Shown here piece by piece: positions 33,940 to 41,993 of a DNA stretch of 64,000 bases. This DNA comes from Gammaproteobacteria bacterium (lineage in GTDB: Bacteria > Pseudomonadota > Gammaproteobacteria > Francisellales > CACEW01): assembly GCA_029240715.1 (NCBI GenBank), contig JARDZR010000006.1, forward strand, positions 1,104 to 65,103. Reading direction: 5' to 3'. The notes under the pieces were generated by a model. It saw only the letters and a program-made list of their open reading frames with translations. It did not search any database and was not told the origin of the DNA. Made by a program: the position numbers and the translations under genes. Numbering within the stretch: the first letter of the stretch is position 1; each line of letters opens with the position of its first letter.

Positions 33940-35544
33940 ATGAAAGCTGCCAGCGAGAACAGACCGCACTTGAATTTTCAATTAGATCCGATAGCTTTGG
34001 CTTTAATTGAGCAATATGGGCATTTATTTGCCAAGATTACCCGAGGGGTTGAAAGGGAAAGCCTTAGAATCACTGAGTCGGGGCATATTGCAAAAACTAA
34101 GCATCCTAACACTTTGGGTTCAGCCTTAACTCACCCCTTTATCACCACTGATTTTAGCGAATCTTTGATAGAGCTTGTCACACCTCCGCTTAACAGCTTA
34201 GAGCAACTGCAAGCTTCTCTGCAAAATTTACATCAATTCGTATACCAGCATTTAGATTATGAATTGCTTTGGCCTGCCAGCATGCCGCCTTTTATCAAAG
34301 ACCAAAATGATATCAAAATTGCTGACTACGGCAAAAGTAACATAGCTAAAATGAAGCAAGCTTATCGAAAAGGGCTACAGCACCGCTATGGCAAAATGAT
34401 GCAAGTCATAGCGGGCATTCACTATAACTTTTCCTTGCCATCAGAGTTGTTTTCCTTATGGCATGAGCTATCTGCTGCAAAAAGCAGTTTGCGCGAATTT
34501 ACTGATGCAGCTTATTTTAGGTTAATGCGCAATTACTTCAGGCATTATTGGCTGTTGATTTATTTATTTGGGGCTTCACCAACCTGCGCAGCAAGCTCTG
34601 TTACAGGCAGTCTTCCAAGTTATCTTAAAGTCTGGGACAAAGAAACTTATTTTGCAGCTTACGCAACCTCTCTTCGGATGAGCGGTCTGGGGTATAACAA
34701 TAACTCTCAAGCCGGTATTTCTATTTCTCGGGATAATTTATCAGCTTATGCTAAAGATTTGTTAAGCATGACTCAGATCCCTTATCCTGATTATGCCAAA
34801 ATAGGGCTGATTGATCAGAATGGCGAGTATCGCCAGTTAAATGCCAATTTATTGCAGATTGAAAATGAATACTATAGTCCGATTCGCCCCAAACAAGTTA
34901 CCCGTCCAGGCGAAAGGCCTGTTACCGCATTATGCGAAAGAGGGGTGCAATATATTGAGGTAAGAAGCTTGGATGTCGATCCTTTTTCAGCTTGCGGAAT
35001 TGAGATGAGCCAAGCAGCCTTTATCGATGTTTTTTTAGTATTTTGCCTATTGGCCGATCCGGAAAATTTAAGCCAAGTGGAATGCCAAGAGATACGTGAT
35101 AACTTGCAAAAGGTAGTCATTGAAGGGCGTAAGCCGGGCTTAAACTTAGAGCGCCAAGGCCATGCTGTAGAAATGACCGAGTGGGCCAAGCGTTTATTTG
35201 AGCAGTTTGCAAAAATTGCCCATGTTATGGATTTGGGAATAGATAAGCCTGTTTTTGCCGAGGCTGTTTCTTGGCAGCTTAAAAAAATAGAGGATAGTGG
35301 CTTAACTCCATCAGCTAAAATATTGACTGCAATGGCAAGCACTCAACAAAACTTTTCTCAGCTAATGTTAGAGCAGGCAAACGCATATAAAGCTTATTTT
35401 AAACAATTGCCGTTGGTCTCTAATCATCGTGAATTAATGGAAACAGCCAAAGCTTCTTTAATTGAGCAGCAAAAAATAGAGGCAAGCGATACTTTAAATT
35501 TTGAGCAGTTTGTAGAGCGTTATTTTGCACAAGGCATAAAATAG
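33940..35544 (+). CDS. gshA: Glutamate-cysteine ligase
   Basis: ATG 33940 lies 1 nt after the preceding stop. Collinear with E. coli GshA: RG.ERE.LR, LGSALTHP.ITTDFSESL.E..TP, GLQHRYG..MQ.I.GIHYNFS, YLFGASP, ATSLRMS.LGY.N, LQIENE.YSPIRPK, IEVRSLD..PF. Confidence 0.93.
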   Translation: MKAASENRPHLNFQLDPIALALIEQYGHLFAKITRGVERESLRITESGHIAKTKHPNTLGSALTHPFITTDFSESLIELVTPPLNSLEQLQASLQNLHQFVYQHLDYELLWPASMPPFIKDQNDIKIADYGKSNIAKMKQAYRKGLQHRYGKMMQVIAGIHYNFSLPSELFSLWHELSAAKSSLREFTDAAYFRLMRNYFRHYWLLIYLFGASPTCAASSVTGSLPSYLKVWDKETYFAAYATSLRMSGLGYNNNSQAGISISRDNLSAYAKDLLSMTQIPYPDYAKIGLIDQNGEYRQLNANLLQIENEYYSPIRPKQVTRPGERPVTALCERGVQYIEVRSLDVDPFSACGIEMSQAAFIDVFLVFCLLADPENLSQVECQEIRDNLQKVVIEGRKPGLNLERQGHAVEMTEWAKRLFEQFAKIAHVMDLGIDKPVFAEAVSWQLKKIEDSGLTPSAKILTAMASTQQNFSQLMLEQANAYKAYFKQLPLVSNHRELMETAKASLIEQQKIEASDTLNFEQFVERYFAQGIK

Positions 35545-35612
35545 TGAATCCTTCCTATACAAGCGGCTTATTGATCAGGTTGAAAATGACATTTTTTGGG
35601 AGGCTATAAGCC

Positions 35613-36554
35613 ATGAAAATCGGTTTTATTATCGATCCACTTGATAGCCTAAAGGCATATAAAGACAGCTCGGTTGCCATGATGCAAGCAGCATTAAATC
35701 TGGGTTTCCAGGTTTTTGTTATGCAAAGCAACGAGCTTTTCATCGAGCAAGCCAGAGCTTTTGCCAGTATGCAGGAAATTTTAGTCGCTGATCCCAAAAC
35801 AGTGCCTTGGTATCAGCTGGGCAATTCAATTACTCAAGAAATCTCTATGCTTGATGCAGTTCTCATGCGAAAAGACCCGCCTTTTAACATGGATTACATT
35901 TATGCTACTTATATTCTGGAACTGGCTGAACGGGCAGGTTGTTTTATTATCAATAAACCTCAGTCTTTAAGAGATGCCAATGAGAAATGTTTTATTAACC
36001 AATTTCCACAATGTATTGCAGAAACCTTGGTCAGTGCTGATCCTATCCGAATCAAACAGTTTTTAGAAGTTCAGCAAGATATTATTTTAAAGCCTTTAGA
36101 CGGGATGGGGGGCGCTTCTATTTTTAGATTAACTCAAGCTGATTCCAACCTTAATGTGATCCTTGAAACCATGACTCAGCATGGTCAGCGCCATGTTATG
36201 GCGCAACGCTATTTGCCTGAAGTAAAATTAGGAGATAAGCGAATTTTGCTGATTAATGGTGAACCTGTAGCTTTTGCTTTGGCAAGGATCCCGCAGGCCC
36301 ATGAAACAAGAGCTAATTTAGCAGCCGGTGGAAAGCCTAAGGCGCAGCCGCTCAGTGCGCGGGATAAATGGCTATGCGAGCAGCTAAAGCCAGTTCTGCA
36401 AGAAAAAGGCCTCTATTTTGTCGGCCTTGATGTGATCGGCGATTATATTACAGAGATTAACGTCACCAGCCCAACAGGCATTAGAGAGCTGAATGAACAA
36501 TGTAAGCTTGATATTGCCAGTGATTTAATGAGTTTTATTGCTTCAAGGCGTTGA
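35613..36554 (+). CDS. gshB: Glutathione synthetase
   Basis: Collinear with E. coli GshB: MRKDPPF....IYATYILE.AE, NKPQSLRD.NEK, ILKPLDGMGGASIFR, MAQ.YLP....GDKR.L...GEPV...LARIP, NLAAGG, FVGLD.IGD..TEINVTSPT. Confidence 0.95.
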   Translation: MKIGFIIDPLDSLKAYKDSSVAMMQAALNLGFQVFVMQSNELFIEQARAFASMQEILVADPKTVPWYQLGNSITQEISMLDAVLMRKDPPFNMDYIYATYILELAERAGCFIINKPQSLRDANEKCFINQFPQCIAETLVSADPIRIKQFLEVQQDIILKPLDGMGGASIFRLTQADSNLNVILETMTQHGQRHVMAQRYLPEVKLGDKRILLINGEPVAFALARIPQAHETRANLAAGGKPKAQPLSARDKWLCEQLKPVLQEKGLYFVGLDVIGDYITEINVTSPTGIRELNEQCKLDIASDLMSFIASRR

Positions 36555-36587
36555 TGCAAGAACCCGGCAGGAAACGCCTCGTTTTGA

Positions 36588-37850
36588 TTAGTTCTGTTCA
36601 GGTTCAGAATCTAAGCTTAACAGTTCACTGACTTCAATTTTTGAATTTTGGCTAAGCTCCACCTTTTCAATTTTATCAAAAGCCCCTGAAATTTTCTTGG
36701 CTGAAATATTCACTTCAGTCACATCTTTATTGGCAAGTTCAATATGTTTTTGTAAAGCGTCCATCCTATTTTGGAAGCGATCGAAATCTTTGCTTAAACC
36801 TTGTATATGTTTTTGAATGACATGGACCTGTTTTTTAGTGGCATCATCTTTTAGCACAGCCCTAACTGTTGTTAAAATAGCCATCATGGTAGTAGGGGAG
36901 GCTAGCCAGACTTTTGCCCGATAAGACGCTTCTACTAAATCTGGATAGTGGGCATGAATTTCTGCAAATATGGCCTCGGCTGGAATGAACATAATGGCCC
37001 CTTCAGCAGTCTCTCCATTGAGTATGTATTTATCGCTAATGTCTTTAATATGTTTTTTAATGTCCTGGCGAAACTGTTGTTCGGCTAATTTTTTATCCAT
37101 TTCTGAAATGTTGGAGTTCATGAGCTTTTGAAAGTTTTCTAAAGGGAATTTAGAGTCGATCACGATATTGCCGGTAGGGGCCGGTAAATACAATAAACAG
37201 TCAGCTCGGTTTCCATTGCTTAAGGTCGCTTGCAGTGAAAAGCTGGATTCAGGCAATACATTGCGAATTAAGCTGGCCAGCTGAATTTCACCAAAAGCAC
37301 CTCTTGAGCGTTTATCTGCCAATAAATCTTGCAAACTGACTACATTGCCAGACAGTTCCGAAATTTTTTGCTGAGCCTGGTCGATTAAAGCGAGACGCTT
37401 AACTACATCAGCAAATGTAATGGTGGTTTTTTCAAAGCCTTCCGATAGTCTTTTATCAACCTGGCCTGAAATTTCTTTAAGTTTATTTTCGGTGTTTTCG
37501 GTCAGTTTTTCGATTTTCTCGCTGAGGCTTTTAGCCGTTTCAGCTAAAGCAGACTTTACCTGATCTGAGGTTTCAGCTCGACCTTTTTGCAAGCCATCCT
37601 GTATGATTTGCAAAGATTTAATATGATTGTCGCCCATTTTTTCAATGAGGTCCTGGCGGTTTTGGGCCATTCTTTCCTGCAAGGCGGCTTTTAAGTTTTG
37701 TTCAAGGCTTTGCAATTGAAGCTCAATCGGTTGATCTTTTTGAATTTTAAGCTGACGCAAAATTAGCAGGCCTGTTACTGTGCTAAGGCCAAGCAAGGCC
37801 AACATAATCATAAGGCTGATAAACATAGCTGCTCCTAAATTTTTTTGCAT
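36588..37850 (-). CDS. rmuC: DNA recombination protein RmuC
   Basis: N-terminal TM segment, a long coiled coil, and a C-terminal RmuC-type domain (RGAFGE..L..L......F..Q....G.R.D....LP....I.IDSKFPLE, FIP.E..F). Confidence 0.85.
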   Translation of the reverse strand: MQKNLGAAMFISLMIMLALLGLSTVTGLLILRQLKIQKDQPIELQLQSLEQNLKAALQERMAQNRQDLIEKMGDNHIKSLQIIQDGLQKGRAETSDQVKSALAETAKSLSEKIEKLTENTENKLKEISGQVDKRLSEGFEKTTITFADVVKRLALIDQAQQKISELSGNVVSLQDLLADKRSRGAFGEIQLASLIRNVLPESSFSLQATLSNGNRADCLLYLPAPTGNIVIDSKFPLENFQKLMNSNISEMDKKLAEQQFRQDIKKHIKDISDKYILNGETAEGAIMFIPAEAIFAEIHAHYPDLVEASYRAKVWLASPTTMMAILTTVRAVLKDDATKKQVHVIQKHIQGLSKDFDRFQNRMDALQKHIELANKDVTEVNISAKKISGAFDKIEKVELSQNSKIEVSELLSLDSEPEQN

Positions 37851-37976
37851 TATATCATATTGTAACCGCCTTGGTTTTAGTCGCGGGGGCTAAAATAGCT
37901 TTACCAAGGGCTTTGCCTTAATTTACATTTTTTATGGAATTCCTTATACTGCTGGCTTCACTAGTAAGGGAATTCC

Positions 37977-38912
37977 ATGTGGTTTAAAAATTTACAGCTA
38001 TTTCAGTTTATCGAAGACTTTGATGTAGCAACAGAAGATCTGAACAAACAGTTAGAAAGTTATCCATTTCAGCCTTGCAGGAGCATCGATCCTGTCAGCA
38101 TGGGCTGGGTTTCGCCTATTGGCGAAGAAGCTGCGCCTTTAGTGCATGCTGCTAATGGCTTTATGATGATTTGTTTAAAAGTCGAAGAAAAAATTATTCC
38201 AGGCTCAGTGGTCAGACAAATGCTGGATGAGAAAATCCTGGAAATTGAAGATAAACAGGGCAGAAAAGTTCGCAAAAAAGAAAAAGAAACTCTGCGCGAA
38301 GATATCTATCACAATTTATTAAGCAGGGCCTTTAGTAAAACCAGTTTGCAGTACGCCTATATCGATCCTAAAGACGGTTGGCTAATATTAAACGCTTCTT
38401 CAAGCAGTAAGGCTGAGGAGTTCACTGGATTTTTACGCAAAACTTTGGGTAGCTTAAAAGTTCAATTGCCTGAGGTTCAGTCCGTTTCGACCTTATTGAC
38501 AGATTGGTTGAAGACCAACCAATATCCGGCTGAGTTTGCTATAGCCGATGCCTGTGTCATTCAGGATACCAAAGAATCTGGCGTGATTCGTTGCCAAAAG
38601 CAGAACCTCATATCTGATGAGATTCAATCTTTATTAGATGGCGGAAGAGAAGTGGTGCAATTGGCTTTATCCTGGAGTGATCAGGTTAGCTTTGTACTGA
38701 AAGAAGACTTTTCAATTAAATCTTTAAAGTTTTTGGAAGGGGTCCAGGACCAGGCCAAAGATGTGTTCACTGAAACTGCTCAAGCTAAATTCGATGCTGA
38801 CTTTACCATTATGACTGAAACTTTGCGCCATTTATTGCAAGGTTTAATGAAAGTATTTGGCAAATCAGGCGCCAACAGTGCACAGCATAACACTGAAGCT
38901 GAGATCGCCTAA
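37977..38912 (+). CDS. rdgC: Recombination-associated protein RdgC
   Basis: MWFKNLQLFQF with the typical RdgC N-terminus, and GW.SP in the first 50 residues. 311 aa. Confidence 0.85.
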   Translation: MWFKNLQLFQFIEDFDVATEDLNKQLESYPFQPCRSIDPVSMGWVSPIGEEAAPLVHAANGFMMICLKVEEKIIPGSVVRQMLDEKILEIEDKQGRKVRKKEKETLREDIYHNLLSRAFSKTSLQYAYIDPKDGWLILNASSSSKAEEFTGFLRKTLGSLKVQLPEVQSVSTLLTDWLKTNQYPAEFAIADACVIQDTKESGVIRCQKQNLISDEIQSLLDGGREVVQLALSWSDQVSFVLKEDFSIKSLKFLEGVQDQAKDVFTETAQAKFDADFTIMTETLRHLLQGLMKVFGKSGANSAQHNTEAEIA

Positions 38913-39616
38913 TGCAGGAAATCGAACTGAAGCTCAATTTGCTTGAAGATAACCCAAGAGGTTTATACGAACATCCTTTAATTAATCATTATGCCAAAGA
39001 GCCTGCAATAACCTTTGATCTTAATACTACTTATTATGATACAGAGCAATATGACTTGCTTAAGGCCGGAATTGCTTTACGGATTCGCGATCAAGATGGC
39101 GAATTTATGCAAACCGTTAAAACCAAGGGCAAAGAAAGCCAAGGCCTCCACCAGAGAAATGAATGGTCTGCCAAGCTTGATTCAAATAACATTGATTTGA
39201 GTGTAGTTGAGCCGCCTGAACTTCGTCAGCAATTAGAGGAGATCTCTAAAAAGCACAAATTAGTTCCTTTATTTCAAACTCAGTTTTCTAGGACCCAATG
39301 GATTTTAGATTTACCTAATCAATGCCAAGTTGAACTTGTGATGGATTTGGGTGAGGTTAGCGTCCAGAAGGCCTCTGTTCCTTTGCAAGAAATAGAGTTG
39401 GAATTAATCGAGGGTAAAGAGATTGATTGTTTGTTCGAATTGGCTGCCAGTATCGCCGCTTCTATTCCGGTTGCGATTGAAAATAAAAGCAAGGCTTGGC
39501 GTGGATATCAGCTTTGCCAAGCAGTAAAGGCCGGCAAATCCTATCATGAATCTCGTGATCTTGAGCGTCAGGCCCCTGAGTTTTTCTTAGAGCAAGCCGC
39601 TTTATTGCGAGCATAA
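38912..39616 (+). CDS. CYTH-domain protein (YgiF-like triphosphatase N-domain; no CHAD domain)
   Basis: MQEIELKL (the ExExK signature), R.R......T.K and the SKA.RGY.L end of a CYTH domain. It stops about 30 aa later and its tail overlaps prmC convergently. Confidence 0.7.
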   Translation: MQEIELKLNLLEDNPRGLYEHPLINHYAKEPAITFDLNTTYYDTEQYDLLKAGIALRIRDQDGEFMQTVKTKGKESQGLHQRNEWSAKLDSNNIDLSVVEPPELRQQLEEISKKHKLVPLFQTQFSRTQWILDLPNQCQVELVMDLGEVSVQKASVPLQEIELELIEGKEIDCLFELAASIAASIPVAIENKSKAWRGYQLCQAVKAGKSYHESRDLERQAPEFFLEQAALLRA

Positions 39617-40431
39617 GTGATTCTGACTGTGCCATTTAAGTCTTTGGAATTTTGGATATCTAAATAGCCATGCTCGAGCAAAATCTCTTTAACCGCATCA
39701 GCTTGATTATAGCCGTGTTCAAATAGCAGGTAGCCTTCTGGCTTTAGATAAATGTGAGCTTGTTTAGCGATCGTTTCTATATCGGACAGTCCATTATTTT
39801 GAGCGACTAAAGCTGAGCGAGGTTCAAAGCAAACATCGCCTTGTTTTAGGTGAGGATCATTTTCGGCAATATAAGGTGGATTACTCACAATCGCATCAAA
39901 CAATCTATTGGGCAGTGCTTCGCACCAGTTGCCATGTTGAAATTCAATATTATGAATTTTTAAATGCAGGGCATTTTGCCTGGCTACTTCAAGTGCTGGT
40001 TTTGAATAATCAGTCGCAATAATATGCCAATGGGGGCGTTCTGAGGCTAATGCCAAAGCAATGGCTCCAGATCCCGTGCCCAAATCAGCAATCATGGCTT
40101 GCTCAGTTTGAATGCATTTCAAAACGTTTTCTACCAGGATTTCAGTATCTGCTCTTGGAATCAAAACAGCAGGGCTTAGCTTCAATGGCAGTGACCAGAA
40201 TTCTTTTTGTCCCAGCAGATAGGCAATAGGTTGCCCGGCTTTTCTATGGTCAATCAATTCTAAAAAGGCTTGTTTTTGATCTGAATTTAAGGTTTTCTCT
40301 GGCCAGGCGTATAAATAAGTTCTAGGTTTTTGCAAAACATGGCTCATTAACAATTCTGCATCAAGTTTAGCGCTGTCAGAATGTGTTAAACTATGGGTCG
40401 CCTCTTGTAATAATTGCGCAATAGATTTCAT
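39568..40431 (-). CDS. prmC: Release-factor glutamine N5-methyltransferase
   Basis: SAM-binding DLGTGSGAIALAL and the catalytic NPPY motif (SNPPYI). 287 aa. Confidence 0.92.
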   Translation of the reverse strand: MKSIAQLLQEATHSLTHSDSAKLDAELLMSHVLQKPRTYLYAWPEKTLNSDQKQAFLELIDHRKAGQPIAYLLGQKEFWSLPLKLSPAVLIPRADTEILVENVLKCIQTEQAMIADLGTGSGAIALALASERPHWHIIATDYSKPALEVARQNALHLKIHNIEFQHGNWCEALPNRLFDAIVSNPPYIAENDPHLKQGDVCFEPRSALVAQNNGLSDIETIAKQAHIYLKPEGYLLFEHGYNQADAVKEILLEHGYLDIQNSKDLNGTVRITYARNKAACSKKNSGA

Positions 40432-40796
40432 AACATTAAAGCTGCCATTACCTTGCGGCCTTCAGAGGCCAAGACATTAAATGTACGAGAAGCAGCATCG
40501 GTGCTCATGACCTCGATTCCCACCTTGTTTTTTTGAATTTCAAACAACAGTTCTGCTGCTGGGAAAACTTGCTTGCTGCCTGTGCCAAGCAAAATAATCT
40601 CTGGCTGATACTTCAGTAGATCGGTTAAATGCTCAATTTTTAACTCGGCAATGGATTGTGGCTGCCAATCACTAATAAGATCTGAATGAGTTAAAACCAC
40701 AGTGCTTTTATAAAGGCTTTCATTAATTATGATTTCGCCTGGTTGATAACGCCTGATAAAATATTTTGAGCTTGGTAATTCTAGTGAGATATTCAT
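40428..40796 (-). CDS. Mth938/DUF498-like small conserved protein
   Basis: 122 aa from ATG 40796 (MNISLELP...). PEIILLGTGSKQVFP and G.GIEVMSTDAA.RT.N.L..EGR resemble the DUF498 family. The track's 201-aa extension overlaps the divergent neighbouring gene and I rejected it. Confidence 0.55.
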   Translation of the reverse strand: MNISLELPSSKYFIRRYQPGEIIINESLYKSTVVLTHSDLISDWQPQSIAELKIEHLTDLLKYQPEIILLGTGSKQVFPAAELLFEIQKNKVGIEVMSTDAASRTFNVLASEGRKVMAALML

Positions 40797-40851
40797 CTTG
40801 TTTCCCAATTTTTCAAATAGTGTAACATATTCCAAATAAAAGGAGAGGGCA

Positions 40852-41877
40852 ATGCATATAGAGCTATTTATCCCTGATTTAGTTTTTAATAGACCAGGCC
40901 ATGCTGCTGGTCTGCATCCTTTGTTTGAGCTTGAGTTGCCCAGCCTATCTTTATTATTAGATGGAGCAGTAAAAAGCGATTCATTGATAGATGAAGAATA
41001 CTGTTTGGCAGAAAGCTGTGGACTGGACATCAATCCTCCTTATGGAATAGCTGCTTTAACGGCTGAATTAGAAGGCTTGCCAGCAAAAATAGGCTGTTGG
41101 CTTAGAGCGGACCCGGTCCGTATGCAGGTCGGGCAAGAAACAGTTTATTGTTTGGGGCAGCAAGATCTTCACATCAGCTCAGAAGAAGCTAAATCACTTA
41201 TAGATGATGTGAATACGTTATTACAGGAAGACAATTTAAACTTAATGATGGGAGATAATCCCATGCATTGGTATTTGCTTATCGAGGCAAGAGATTTTCA
41301 AACTACCGCCCTAAGCAGAGTGATCGCTAAGCCTATAAGAGATTATTTGCCACAAGGAATAGCCGGGAGACTATGGCAAAAACGTCTCACAGAGATTCAA
41401 ATGTTGCTAAAAGCCCATCCAGTTAATATAAAACGCCAAAACTTGGGTTTGGCTGCTGTAGACAGCGTATGGTTCTGGGGGGAAGGTGAATATCCTAAGT
41501 TATCTTATCAGAGAAAAGACGTACTATTTGGAGATGATAGCTTTGCCCAGGCCGTTGCATTAGCGGCTAATTTAGCTTATCGGCCGATTCCTGAAAACCT
41601 CGACGAAATTTTATCGGGCCCCTATCAAAAAATAATATTGATTGATCATAGATTAAGATGGGCTCTAGCAAAAGGCAGCTTAGAGCAATGGCAATGCCAG
41701 GTGGTCAATTTAGAGAAGAAGCTATTTTTGCCTCTATTGCTAGCTTTGAAAAATAAAAAATTAGATCGGATAATTTTCAATTTTTGCAATTCGGTTTCTT
41801 TTCACATCGCACGGTCTAGCCTCAAAAAATGGTGGCAACGTACGCAATCATTGCAGGACAGACTTTGTAAACCTTAG
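40852..41877 (+). CDS. Conserved hypothetical protein (tentatively RpfE-type / phosphoglycerate-mutase-like family)
   Basis: AAAGGAGAGGG SD. The N-terminal L.IPDL and internal VWFWGEG resemble a family annotated that way in Xanthomonas and betaproteobacteria. Assigned from memory only. Confidence 0.4.
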   Translation: MHIELFIPDLVFNRPGHAAGLHPLFELELPSLSLLLDGAVKSDSLIDEEYCLAESCGLDINPPYGIAALTAELEGLPAKIGCWLRADPVRMQVGQETVYCLGQQDLHISSEEAKSLIDDVNTLLQEDNLNLMMGDNPMHWYLLIEARDFQTTALSRVIAKPIRDYLPQGIAGRLWQKRLTEIQMLLKAHPVNIKRQNLGLAAVDSVWFWGEGEYPKLSYQRKDVLFGDDSFAQAVALAANLAYRPIPENLDEILSGPYQKIILIDHRLRWALAKGSLEQWQCQVVNLEKKLFLPLLLALKNKKLDRIIFNFCNSVSFHIARSSLKKWWQRTQSLQDRLCKP

Positions 41878-41993
41878 CTTTTTTCTATTTGATGCAATGC
41901 TAGACAGTCATCAAATTTATTAATATGCTGGCACAGTTATGGAAATAACATCTTGAATTATATTAATAACATAAGTTTATTAGGAGGGGTATA

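Noticed and set aside
34872-35342. 156-aa antisense ORF inside gshA.
   Set aside because: It is fully embedded in a gene that is collinear with E. coli GshA. It has no SD, and its sequence looks like mirror-frame translation.
40797-41033. N-terminal extension of the DUF498-like ORF (201-aa version in the track).
   Set aside because: The extension overlaps the divergent gene starting at 40852 and has low-complexity content. The conserved domain starts at ATG 40796.
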